Shown: in pieces, positions 37,250-50,700 of the stretch
How the letters are laid out: each line of letters begins with the position of its first letter
How positions within the stretch are numbered: position 1 is the stretch's first letter
Assembly: GCA_002633005.1 (NCBI GenBank)
Contig: NMRA01000098.1
Coordinates: forward strand, 557,435 to 621,434
Direction: 5' to 3'
Length of the DNA stretch: 64,000 bases
Source: Phoronis australis
Lineage: Eukaryota; Animalia; Phoronida
Translations under genes and position numbers: made by a program
Notes under the pieces: model-generated
What the model was told of the DNA's origin: nothing
Databases searched by the model: none
The model's input: the letters and a program-made list of their open reading frames with translations, nothing else

Positions 37250-40200
37250 CTCCAAAACCGCCAACACACCTGCCAGGTATCCCAACACCCGTAAAAGTAA
37301 GCAAACCTAAACCTCTCCTTTCAGGTTGTGACTCCCTCTCGACTACGGAGCTTATCAATGTTCTTTCTTTCGGTTTCAGGCTCGGCGTCTCCCCGATCTG
37401 TCACTCCAATCCCCCACCAACCACCCTTCAGCTCTCCGTAACCCCGAAGTTACTTTTCAGAAAATACAGACTGAGGTTCTGCTGGGTCGCTATCCCGGTC
37501 CCTTCCCATCCCCCCATTCTCCCTTTTCTCTTCGTCACCCCTTGCCCTCATCCCTAAATCTCACCCTAACAGTGTTCGCCTCATTCATAACTTGTCATAT
37601 CCATCTCGTTACTCTAACTCAGTTAACTCCCTCATACCCCCTCACTTCTCCCAAGTTCAGTACCAATCCATCACGGACGCTATCCGCCCGATTCAACAGT
37701 TTGGACGCCACTCCCTCATGGCTAAGACTGACACCAAAGACGCTTTTCGCATCGTACCGGTGCACCCTGACGACTACCACCTCTCAGGTCTATCCTGGGT
37801 CAACAACTTCTACTACGACAGGTGCCTGCCATTTGGCTGTGCCTCCAGCTGCAACATCTTCGAGAAGGTCATTTCTGCGATCCAATGGATCCTGGAAACC
37901 AAGTTGAAAGTTGCCGGCGTTTCTCACTACCTCGGTGACTTCTTTTTCGTGGGCCCCCATCCTCGCCGACAAGCTCCCGGGACCTCGCCGCATTCATATC
38001 ACTCTGCGACTCCCTAGGCAACCCTGTCAACCACGACAAGACAACTCAGCCGACCACCTCCATCACCATTTATGGCATCCATCTCGACTCTACGACCATA
38101 ACTGCTTTTCTCCCACAGGACAAGGTGGACAAATCTTCCAACCTCCTTTTCGACTTCCAGAAACGCCGAAGGTTACTCTTCGCGATCTTCGATCCCTCAT
38201 TGTTCTACTAAACTTCGCCTGCTCCGTCATCGTGCCCGGCCGCTTCTTCCTGCGTCGCCTCATCAACCTCACCATTGGTATTTCGAGACCAGATCACTTC
38301 GTCACTTTCAATAAAGAAGCTAGAGCGGACCTTAGGGCTTGGTCCGTCTTTCTCCGAGGCTTCAATTGGAAAACAGTGTTCCTATTCGACGAGTGGACAT
38401 CTACAGACAGCATCAAGCTCTGATGCTGTAGACTTAATGGGGGTTTTGCTGCGACATTGAGGGCTTCCTGGTTTGCCTGCCCATGGCCCGAGCACCTGCA
38501 ACACCATCATATCACCTTCAAGGAACTCCTTCCTATCGTCATAGCGCTTGAGCTGTGGGGATCTAAGCTCGCCAACCACAAGATCCTCTTCCTGTGCGAC
38601 AACCGTGCTGTCGTTGACATTATCAACAAGAGCTCCCCCGCCAACCCCCATTATGTCCCTTGTTCGTCGTCTGGTCATCTCCGCTCTTATCTTTAACGTT
38701 CGTTTTCGGGAAAAACATATCCCTGGCTACACTAACATCGTCGCCGATGCATTTTCTCGTTTCAACTTTCAGGTCGCCTTTTCCCAGGGTTCTTGTCTCA
38801 GCCCTCATCCGATACCAATCCCGCCGCACCTCCTAGAAGCGTGACCAGACTGCTCCGGGCTTCCCTGGGCCCCTCCACATTTCAGTCCTACACCCACATC
38901 CTACGTAATCTTGAACAGTTTCACCTCTCCTCTGGCAACTCTACTCTCACCTTGCCCATTAATACCTCTTTCCTAGCCCACTATATCTCCTATNCACCCA
39001 CATCCTACGTAACCTTGCACAGTTTCACCTCTCCTCTGGCAACTCTACTCTCACCTTGCCCATTAATACCTCTTTCCTAGCCCACTATATCTCCCATCTT
39101 TTCGAATCTGGCCTTAGTAGCTCGTTTATCCAGTCCTATGTGTCTGCCATTAGTTTTGTCCATAAGCTCGACAACCTCCCTGACCCCAATTCTTCCTTTG
39201 TCATCCAAAAACTCCTCAAAGGTGTTTCCAATCTGCGCTCCTCATCTGACACACGCATGCTCATTACTTCAGCTTTGCTTCACCACTTGTTCGACGCCTG
39301 CCCATCTGCACTCGGTCCTTATGCCGACTCGGTTCTCGCACATGCCATGTTCGTCCTAGCCTTCCACGCCTCCCTCAGAGTCGGTGAATTCACAGTCACC
39401 TCCTCGTTCTCCTCCCACGTTATACAGGTCAGCGACGTCGTCTTCCCACCCTCTGGCGATTCTGTGGTCATCACTATGCGTACTTTCAAGCACAGCTCGG
39501 GACCAGTCTCACTTGTGATTCTATCCAGTCGATCTCCCCATTGCCCCGTAGCTGCCCTAACCATGTACTTTTCTTTTTTTCAGCCCTCTCCAGGCCCCTG
39601 TTCCAACACCTCAGTGGATCACCGGTAACACGTTCCTGCTTCAACTCCATGTTAACTAAAGTGGTTTCCTTTGTAGAACTCGACACCAAGTCTTATAAGT
39701 CGCATAGCTTTCGCATTGGCGCCGCCACCTCAGCGGCCAGCCGTGGCGTCCCTGAACCGGTGATCCAGCGCATGGGGCGCTGGAAATCTGACGCACTAAA
39801 AATTACATTCGCATGTCTAGTTTTTCCTCTTCCCCAGGCTTCCTGAACTCCCAGTGAGCCTGTTGTTGCAGCTCCCCATTTCTCTCACTTTGCTTTTCAG
39901 CCGCTCCCACCACTCTGGGTCTGTGGTTTCAGCCTCCCCCCCAGGTGAGGTCTGTTGTTGCAGCCAGCCTCCTCCCGTTCCCAGGTCTGTTGTTGCTGCT
40001 GCGTCCAAAGGTCTGTAGTTGCAGGCTTTGCAATTTTTAGTCATTAGTCCTAGTTACCTTTACTTCCATTCCGGTTTGCTATATTCTAGTTTTTTATATT
40101 CTAGACTGTTGTGTTCTAGTTTTCAGTTATACCGTTATTAGTACCTATATTATATTGGTCTACTTTTATTATTGCCCGGGTTCCGCTTCCTCGGATGGGC

Positions 40201-40330
40201 GATGTCAGCATTCCCATGATGCCATTATGGCGTTTTGTCCATGCGCATCTTGCAGAGTCTTATTTATTTCTATCTATTTACGTTATAATAAATTACATTA
40301 TTCGCAATCCTCCTCTTGTTTTACTCTGCA
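37250..40330 (+). mobile_element. Decayed tyrosine-recombinase retrotransposon (DIRS order, Ngaro-like): RT, RNase H and YR with frameshifts
   Basis: RT: KTDTKDAFRIVPV, LPFGCASS, YLGDF. RNase H: ELLPIV, CDNRAVV, HIPGYTNIVADAFSR. YR: AFHASLRVGE, SHSFRIGAAT, GRWKSDA. C-rich strand. Outer boundaries approximate. Confidence 0.9.
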
Positions 40331-40948
40331 ACATAGCTCGTGGCGTACCCCGGGCAAAATAGATTACGATAAATATAGTTAACCACATATAATACATTTT
40401 GTGCGAGTTTCTCACTCCGCGAGACATCGTGGAGTATGCATGTGCGTAAAAAGTTTACAAATGACTTATAAATGCAAAAAATAACAAAAATTTGGCAATT
40501 TAAGTTCTGTGTTTTGACATTTTGAAGATTTTGAGACGTGACAAATTGTGACCTCCATTTTAACACGAATCCATTGTCGGAGCATGCCTCCCGATCAGAA
40601 CGCAACATCGGAAGTAGAAAAAACTCACGTATGTTTTCTAACCGGACCCTTCTTTTGCCACCCCTAAATTAAAAGGTATGCGGATCTGCCTTCCAACCGT
40701 CATTCGTGACCCTACTTCAAATGACATGACTTGTGGTTAGGGCCTACTCTGAACGATCGTCCGTTACTGGCTTTAAGAATTTTCAAATTAAAACTCCTAC
40801 ATTTATACAGCAGCAAAGTTTCCATAAAGCGATAGTTGACTTTTCCCAGTGAGTCTGAAGAAGTTTGCAATGATCTCTGTGGTGCAAAATCGGTTTTCCA
40901 AACTTCTTTGCATAGGGCCAACTGCAAGTGAATTCTTTGCAAATGTTT

Positions 40949-41066
40949 CTATTTGGTCAATTTGGTTTTCGTCACGGCATCTTGTTCCATTAAAGACACG
41001 TTAGCTTCCGTCGACTTTCCGTCGAGGTTTACAGACTCCCCGAGGAATTCTCGTTTGTACTCCACA
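40949..41066 (-). CDS. SLC22 probable last coding exon (VEYKREFLG...KTKLTK*)
   Basis: tctttcag acceptor, phase 2, open to TAG; tail has no conserved motif, so less certain. Confidence 0.65.
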
Positions 41067-44000
41067 CTGAAAGACATAACAGTTTTCAATTGATGACATC
41101 GGCCACAACATACTCCATAAACAATATGCCAAAAACGAGTGAATTGGTTTCAAATAGGCAGTCCTGGCTCTACAAGTTGATTTGTTGCGACGTAACACTT
41201 TATTTGCGCCAAGCAAGGTCTAACAAACTACCAGGTCTTTGCAAACCCAGATAATACTTGTCATCTGCTTATGCAAATGTTGAAAAAAGTTTTATAGCGG
41301 CTAGAGGTCTAAATGAAAAGTTCGCTTCTGGGACAGAACGCGGGTCTATAGCCGCTCTAAGACGAACGATTTGATGATTCAGTTGAAATTTGACCAACTA
41401 AACAATAGTTGAGCATGTGTCTGAATTTCTAACTAAATTTTAGCACCCTTGTGACTCCCCTGAAAGTCAACCGTCCTCTTAAAATTCCATTTCCGTTTCA
41501 CCCTCCACCAAAAATGAAGCAGATTACTCATCGACGCACAAGACGGCGTCACAATGAAAATGATTTCCAGCCTCGTCAGCGTACAAAAAGAGTGTCAAAA
41601 AGCCATCAAATTCTAGAGAATTTCTGCTTTGCGAAAAAATGTACTTTTACTGAGTTAAATTTCTATAGTTTTGTAGATATTTCACCGATGTACAGATCTG
41701 TCCTAACCTTAAAAAGAAAATCAACCATGCAAAACCCAGGTCCCTTCAAGCCAATGCTACGTAACACTTTATTTCCTTCTAATGGTAGAAACTGACTACT
41801 TTCCTTCAATCCACTCGAAACATTGAGACAAGTGTAAGAGATTTTATTTCACGATTTTGAAGTTTAGGTGGGAATGAAATGCACTTTTTAATTTTAAAAT
41901 CAAAGATATCTTCTCGGAACAGTAAGCCACCACCTACGCCATCCAATTTGGGACTTTTGTCTTTGACTAGGATTTTGTCTAGTTATCCTTAAAATTGTTG
42001 GGTATCTTTTACTTATACATGTTCATTTTCGCAATTCTCTGGAAATTAAGAGTGAAAAGATCATTTTAAGGACATTAGTCTCAAAAGATGTATCGGGGAA
42101 CACGGTACAAACCCGATGAAAAAAGAGACAATGGCTCGAGAAGAAATCCAAGAAAGCACGTTGATATGGAATGGCCGACTGTGTCTCTGTGGTCACTGAT
42201 GAAGGTGGATGCCTTACATAGGGGAGATTCAAATGACCAAAGCTGTTTACCCACTATTTTAAGTCATCGACATTTCTTCATCCACAAAAATACAATACAC
42301 CTAATAATTAACAATTAGGTGACAATCAACTTACGTTCCTAAACGTTCTCCGTCAGCCAATGTTTCCGGCAGACGCGTCCGGTTCGTCTCGGGCAACAGC
42401 AAACACAGAATGCCAGCTATCGCACACAGCGACCCCATCAGTACAGACGAAAGACCAAACCACACATACTTGTCCTAGAATGACTCAAATGAGTTGAGAT
42501 AAAATCAGCGAGATTCTCAGGTTTTTATTACTATATTAGTACCTTTATATTCGTTCTTTGTTACGTGGTTATGAGATTCCACAGTACTGGAAATGTATGA
42601 AAACGAGACCGCCAAAAGTCAGACAAAGGGAAATTGAAAAAGAAAATGTTGAAAAGCGAAAGTACATTAGACGTTTCTCACTACTGAACAACGCTGCTTG
42701 AGAAATCGCTTCTGAGTGGTTCATAGACAGCATATTACTTTAAAAGCGACTATAAACTCGCGTTCCGTCCAAAAAGCAAACTTGATTGAGACAGCTTACC
42801 ACAAAAATCGGTCTCAACTTGTTCCTTACTGGGATGAGAAGCGATTTTTAGGCTTACAAAACATCCACCCAGCTATTTTTTTTCTTGAGACAACACTGAC
42901 GTCACCAGCCAACTTGAAGAGCTTGATCTCCGGCAATAACGAAGATCCAAACATCTCAATTTTACTCAAGAATAATTAAAGACCAATTTCATGACGGTTA
43001 GTGGTTTACAGTAAAGTTGCTTTCCGTAATGGAATGTGGGTTTGTTGCCTCTTTGAGTGATATGACGTCATTTCAGTGCTATTAGTTCAAAAAATTTAAC
43101 CAACATCTTCTTTTCAAAAGGGCCAGTTGGAAATTCTGCATCAGTACTTTGTGGCTCATAACCATGACTCCTGAAGATGAAATTAGCAGAAGACTCACCA
43201 CGTGTATAAGCTGAGGAGCCAGAAGGCTTCCCACCCGCGCGCACGTGGACCCCGTACCAACAGCTACGTTACGCACGACAGTCGGGAATAATTCGGCAGT
43301 GAACAAGTACAGTGTTGCAAAAGATGCAGTAGACCCAAACTTTCCTATGCTCGACATGACAATAACAAGTCCCGAGAGTCCTGCAAGTACTTAGGTATGC
43401 AACGTCATACAATCACAGAACAACAATCACAACAATGGAAGTCGAGACGTATAATTATAGCAATGATGGTACATTATTCAATAAAAGCCTCGTTCTCAAA
43501 TACTCTTACAAACGGCTGTAGGATTCTTCTTTACTAATTGCTCGCTCATCATCAATGTCACATGATGTCAAAAATGTGAAATTTGCTATTGTATAACTTT
43601 CGGACTCCCTCGATTATTTTCATCATTTAGCTGTGATTAAGATGCAGTCATCAAATTTTGTAGAAGGCGCGGAAAGTTTGCTACGTGGTACCGTACTACG
43701 TCATAAAAAGTCGACAACGCATTAGCTGGTATTAGTTGACTGAGTTCTTTGATGGCGATTCAGTCGAAATGCATTTTTGTTTTTGCCGCCACCGATTGTG
43801 TCTGTGTTCTTCATTTTACATTCATAGTGAAAACTTCTGATAAAGAAAATGTCTCCTCCACGTGCCCTGCATATTTGAAAATGCCCGTAATGTTAGCTTG
43901 AGACGCACCATCAGCTGAGTCGAATCATGAGAAAATACACGAGTCCACGATATTGCCGACTATCTTGAATCTGAAACCGATATTCACGTGTGTAGCCCAT

Positions 44001-47000
44001 GTAAGTGGCCGTAGGGAATGCCTGCTAAAAGCAGTATTTTCCGAAAAGTATGGACTAGATTGTCAAAATTGCAATTATGACATTGCCTACTTTTCAGTAT
44101 TGTCGCAAACTTATTTTTCTTCATGAGAAAATCTACTTTCAATTTTGGAGCGTGTTATAAGTTGGCCAAGCTTTGACATATTTCTATGGTACTACATAAC
44201 CTAAATTATCCAGCTATAATTAGAACAAAGTTAAACCACTTCATTAATTCCATGACGTAAATCTAGGGAGTACGTTACCTGAGTCCCGTAATCCAGGTAT
44301 GCAACACAATAAAGAGACGCCTGACAGACAAAAAGTTACGAAGGCAATCCACCTTCGACCGAACCGGTTAAGAACGAAGCAAGAGGTAATCAATGCTGGG
44401 AGTTCGACTGCGGCGCTGATGACGGTGTTAACGTACACGCTACCGCTGAGTGACCCTGCGTTGTAGGTTAGACCGTAATAAACAAAGCTGGCAACAAACC
44501 TTGAACGAAACGTAAGCCATCAATTGTTGTAGTACATTTGAAGTGAAATTGTCGTTGTACAATATTATAACTGGAATTGTTGCAGTGCAACACTAAAGTT
44601 ATTAGAATGGTGGTAGTATCATGTGAGGACTGGAATTTCTTACACTAACCTAAGATGTCTCGAATTGTTGTAGTGCAACATTTAAATTGGAATGGTGGTA
44701 GTATGATATTACGGTAGTACTGGAATTAAGATGACTGTAATACTTTCATAATTAAATATAAAGTAGTTATCAAGTGTCTACGAGATATTTTTTTCTAAAA
44801 GCATAGAAAATATGACAACGTCTTCTACATCACGTAAACTTGTTTCTCATCATTTGTCCAATATTATAAGGAAAATATTTATTTTTGGTGGATCTTTTTC
44901 GTATCAAGAGATTTTAACTTATTTTCAGCTAGTAACGAAACCGTCAGTACACGAATCTTCCAACGCTAAGCGGTCGTTGTGCAATTTACCGGCTGAATTC
45001 ACAGGCAAGCTAGATCAATATTACAGCTTGCAAGCCATTTTGCGTTTGCCAGACGGGTGTCCCTGTTGAAATGCAGCGTTTTCTTGAAGTTAAAATCTGA
45101 ATCAATTTAGTTTTGAAAATCCGTGCATAGCAATTTTTTTCTAACTTTTTTTAATGATCAGAGCATGATTTTAAGTGCATTTAGATGATCTATACTGTAA
45201 AAAATGCCCCCCACCTTACAAAAATGTCTTTTCCAAGACTCCAAATGATAAATCCAACACTGGTATTTGACAAATGTTTCATTAAAGTTCTTTCTTCTAC
45301 ATGTTTTGGTGTGTGNTTTTTTTCTAAAAGCATAGGAAATATGACAACGTCTTCTACATCACGTAAACTTGTTTCTCATCATTTGCCCAATATTATAAGG
45401 AAAATATTTATTTTTGGTGGATCTTTTTCGTATCAAGAGATTTTAACTTATTTTCAGCTAGTAACGAAACCGTCAGTACACGAATCTTCCAACGCTAAGC
45501 GGTCGTTGTGCTATTTACCGGCTGAATTCGCAAGCAAGCTAGATCAATATTACAGCTTGCAAGCCATTTTGCGTTTGCCAGACGGGTGTCCCTGTTGAAA
45601 TGCAGCGTTTTCTTGAAGTTAAAATCTGAATCAATTTAGTTTTGAAAATCTGTGCATAGCAATTTCTTTCTAACTTTTTTTAATGATCAGAGCATGATTT
45701 TAAGTGCATTTAGATGATCTATACTGTAAAAAATGCCCCCCACCTTACAAAAATGTCTTTTCCAAGACTCCAAATGATAAATCCAACACTGGTATTTGAC
45801 AAATGTTTCATTAAAGTTCTTTCTTCTACATGTTTTGGTGTGTGTCTTTCATTTCTTAACTCGCCCTTCTTCCCTACTTGGTCTATGCCAGTCACCATTG
45901 TTTCACACTGTCGCGAACTTGCGTCACTTATAATGCAACTTACCAACAAAATGAAAGAATCAGTAATCGCGCTCTCATTCGTCGATGACGAAAAATGTCC
46001 ATCAATGTTGCCTTTTCCTCGCCTTTTTTGCCATCTCCCTAACACATTAAATAATATTTTGATGCTAATTGACCTTTACATCTGGGCAAACAAAAGTATC
46101 ATGAGAAATTTCAAATTTGCAATCAGTGCTGTGGCTGAAAATTGAAGGGGGCATATATTCGCGCAATCAGAGTTGTCAGCACTTTTTATGCTGTGAAATG
46201 TCAAAACCTGGTTCTCATTTTTTGTGAAATGCGCAACTTTTTAGACTCCTATAACATTAAAAAAATATTCAATAGTTGAGTTTCAGGTTATTTTGAAACC
46301 AATTCTGTAAGACATTAAATGCAGTGTAAAATCTCAAAAAATGAGGGAATGTTACTTTGTTATTATTTAAAGTAGCGTTAAACTCGTGCCTTCTGTCAAA
46401 AATAATTTAATTTCGACTATTTAGCGTTAAGAGATTGGTCTCAAAACTTTCCTTTGTAAAAAAAAACTGGTCTGTCTCTGTTTGGAAATAATTGACAGTT
46501 CATTATTTGATCAGGCCATTCACGTCTGAAGGTGACCTGAAATGTTGTGAGCTATGTCTGAAGAAATAACAAACTGTCAGGTCTTTCCGATCCCAGAAAG
46601 CAAGGCTTTAAAGCTGCTTTAAACGTTCTGTCTTACCTCTTTGTGGAACTGGTATGATTCCGTTGAGAAAGATTTCTTGTTACATTTTGCTATGCTTCTC
46701 ATAATAGCTTCCGCTTCCGCTCCTCTATTTTCAGCGTAAAGCCAACGAGGAGATTCTGGGAGCAGCCTGGAAGTAGTACTGGAGTCGACGAAGAAAGAAA
46801 AGGCTCTAAAAACGTTGACAATTTTAATAAGGCAGACGTGCCCATGTAGAAATCTGAAATCAGGAGTTCAATTTCGAACACCACCATTATCTTCTCTACC
46901 ACCACCAATACTGGCACTACCATCACCTCCACAACCACCACCACAACCACCCCTGCCACCACCACCACNNNNNNNNNNNNNNNNNNNNNNNNNNNNNNNN

Positions 47001-47675
47001 NNNNNNNNNNNNNNNNNNNNNNNNNNNNNNNNNNNNNNNNNNNNNNNNNNNNNNNNNNNNNNNNNNNNNNNNNNNNNNNNNNNNNNNNNNNNNNNNNNNN
47101 NNNNNNNNNNNNNNNNNNNNNNNNNNNNNNNNNNNNNNNNNNNNNNNNNNNNNNNNNNNNNNNNNNNNNNNNNNNCACTACCACCACCACCACTACCAAC
47201 ACCACCATCACAACCACCACCACCATCACAACCACCACCACTACCACAGTCCCAACACCTCCACCATAAACGCCGACACCAACAGCACATCGGCTGAATG
47301 CATGATCTCCAAATTAGGAGACAGCACACATGATAATTGACACACATTTACAATCTTATTATTTAAAAGACAGCATAACTTTCAAGCGGAAGTGTAGTAC
47401 TTCAAAAACTTAAAATAAGATCTCACCAGACATAATTTACAAGCAGAACAAAAGGCACCACCGCAACCAGTTGGAGATGAAAGTGGTCTCTGCAGACGTA
47501 AGCAACACCACACAGAGCGACGAACCCGATAGCAAACCAGCCATGGTGTAGTAGGCTCACTTGCATTCGGTACTTGCGACCAACAATTTCCATTTCTGAC
47601 AGAAGTAATAATTACCGACAGATTATGTGAAAATTTTCAAGCGTACAAACAAAAACAAACGCACGCAAGCAACAC

Positions 47676-47710
<35 letters not shown>

Positions 47711-50700
47711 CACAAACAAACAAACAAACACACACGCGCGCATATACACACACACCCACGTCACAAACGTCCATACTAAGTACACGCACGCACTCAAAGA
47801 CAAAGACAAAGACAAAACAAGACCTTCAACGCAAGCTATAGTCTACACAAAACGAGGGACTTTATCAAACATATACAGATTTTAAGTAAGATATTGCTGC
47901 AAAAATACCGAACTACAGGTTTGTGACAACGTGAGACACTGGACGGGATCAGAAAGCTTGACTTCAGGTGCGTCGGTTGTAATGCATGGTAATATCTCGT
48001 GTGAACTTGTTTTTTCCAGAAGAAACTTGGTTTATGGAACGTAGTCCCAGTAGATGCCGCCCCCGCTGGTTCCTACGGCAGCTAAAAACCTCTCATAAAA
48101 ATTTCGGCTATCAAAATTTTTGTTATCCTGATCTTTTTTTAAATTTTCTAATAGAAACTTCACTTCTTCTTCTTTCGCACCATAGCACTTGCCATCACAG
48201 AAAATTGTGCATGTCTACTCCGCTACTGTTATACAAGGCAACATTTTTGGAATAGCATAATAGCAACCTTTTAAAAATCTAGTCGATATCCTCCGAGAAA
48301 TATAGGTTTGAACAGCCCTCCCGTCCACTCACATAGAAAACGCACGTGAACTGGTTCGTTTCACTGTCGATAATCTGTAGTTTAGGCACCAATGAACTAA
48401 ATTAATATCCAAGATGGTGGATGAAGCCGTGGACTGGTGTAAACACGAATCCACGGTTTAGAATTAAAGGCGAAGGCAACCTTTTTTCATGTCACTTTTA
48501 GCAAAAATAAGGTTCGTTGATTATCCCAGACACATTTTTCACTTAATTACAGCTTTTCGTAATTTGATTAATTTCTCGTCCTCTACTCCGGAAGTGACGT
48601 TTTGGGAGGCAAGAGTTTCGCGCCAATTTCTTTTCATTATAGTCTGACTGTGAGAACTGTCGAGTCAGTCATCGTTCTACCTCGGTTTTGATAAGTTCGG
48701 TCGTCGTTTGCTTTTGTTTACAATTCAGTCAACATGGCACGCTGTTGCTGCGTGCTGGGATGTACTCATTATCGTCTCACACACGCTTTGGGTACCTTGC
48801 GTCGCTTTCCGAAGGATGACACACTTCGCCGTACTTGGCTAGCTCGTTCATGTGAAGAACGCAGCGCTACCCGTCCACGCAACGTACAAAGCAATGGAGG
48901 GTTACCGAGTGTGTGGCAAACATTTTGTGCCGTCAGATTACGACAGAGATATGTACGCTGAATTGATGAAGGTCCCTGCGAAACAACGCCTGAAGAAGGG
49001 TACCATACCGTCGCTTTTGATTCCCGGCATTGCCCCGCGGGACACTCGGGCAAGTGGGACAGTTCTTCTTCTGTACGTGAGACGATGAGTACACCCCAGT
49101 ACGCAGCAACAGCGTGGCATGTTGACTGACTCGTAAGCAAAAGCAAACGACGACCGAACTTATCACAACTGAGGTAGAACAATGACTGACTCGACTACTC
49201 TCACAGTCAGACTATATGAAAAGAAATTGGCGCGAAATTCTTGCCTCCCAAAACGTCACTTCCGGAGTAGACGACGAGTAATTAATTAAAATAGGAAAAG
49301 CAGTAAATAAGTGAAAAATATGTCTGGGATAATCAACGAACCTTATTTTTGCTAAAAATGACATGAAAAAAGGTTGCCTTCGCCTTTAAGCATGCGCAAC
49401 GCGTGCGTACTCGCTTTGCGAAGAAATAGATTAAAGAGGCCGATTTTTTTGTTTCTCTTCAAGTAGCGAGTTAAGGTTGAAACAAGCGAGGGTTTCTTGG
49501 AAACAGAAATTTGCAGATTATTCCTGACCTAAGTTGTAATCTCTCGAGTCTGCTTCGCTGTTCAACCGATGTCGTGATGATTGTCAACAGTAATACATTG
49601 CGATTGATTAAAATAAGGCTTTATTTGCAACAATCTGAGGACTTTTTTCTTTGTATCGAGGGCTAACTACCAGTATAAATACTGGTCCTAGTATGTTTTT
49701 TGCGAAAAAGGGACTGGCGATTAAAACTTGCTGGATTAATACTAAACTCACTGACATTTTTCAATACGTTCAGAATTTGCCGAGTATAACTTGCTCAGTT
49801 AAAGGGGGGGGGGGGGGCTCGGGGGCTCGGGGGGATCGAATGAGCCCCCCATTTGGTGAAGTGGGCAAAAATGTCCGCCTCAGAGAGACAAAAAGTCTGA
49901 GAAAATGAGGCATACGTCCATTAAACATGTGCAAACGCGCAATTCACAGTGGTGCTTCCGTTTTTTTAGACCGCCCGATTTTTTTGTTACCAAAAGGTCC
50001 TCAAAGTCGAGCCCCCCATATTGAAGGCTGGGTGCGCGCATGAAGCTGACTTCTTTTTGAATAGACGGCACCTGTTTACGCGCGTCTACGATATGTTGAA
50101 TTTCAGTCCTCTTGAGGTACTGCTAAGACGATCATTTATCTATCTCTTCTTCTCTGGATGACAGCTATCATATATCCTTTATGTTTTTGACCTCTTCCGT
50201 TGTCCCTAAAAAGGTCATTCGTTTGTTGATTTGTTCTGAGACTGAAACAGTCTGGAAAGAGAATTCAAAGTCTCCAGTCATTCACATTCGATGTTTAATC
50301 CAAATGCCCAAGTTTAAAAGAGTTCAGAACACAGGGAAGTCCGACAATCTTGCATGAGATCAACGTATATCTGATGTTGGAAGCAAGAGGTGAAGAAACT
50401 TGCCTAGTCATCTTTGCCCGGTTCTTTGACAGTGCTATAAACTCAGAGAAGCAAAGTGGAATATTAGCCAAGAAAGAGACCTGGAAAACTTACGCAAGAC
50501 GAACAGCACGGTAATGATTCCCGCCACAGCATTCCCAGCGAGAAATCGCAAAATTACAAAAGGAGTATAGTACCCGTACCGTGACGTCACAGCTGCTGAC
50601 AGAGATGAGAGAATTGCCAGGACTAGAGCTGCCAATACTGCCTTTTTACGACCAATTCTGGAAAGGCAACATTCGAATCATGGCCTTGTGTGATTTAAAT

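Noticed and set aside
38891-39092. ~100-bp direct repeat inside the YR ORF
   Set aside because: Joined at a single N (38994); a scaffolding overlap rather than a retroelement terminal repeat
44788-45844. ~528-bp tandem duplication producing duplicate ORFs 44812/45185/45714
   Set aside because: Near-identical copies meet at a single N (45316), so this is a probable contig-overlap artefact; the ORFs are intronic and antisense with no motifs
46699-47347. Poly-Pro, poly-Val and poly-Gly ORFs
   Set aside because: Translations of an (ACC)n microsatellite across an N gap
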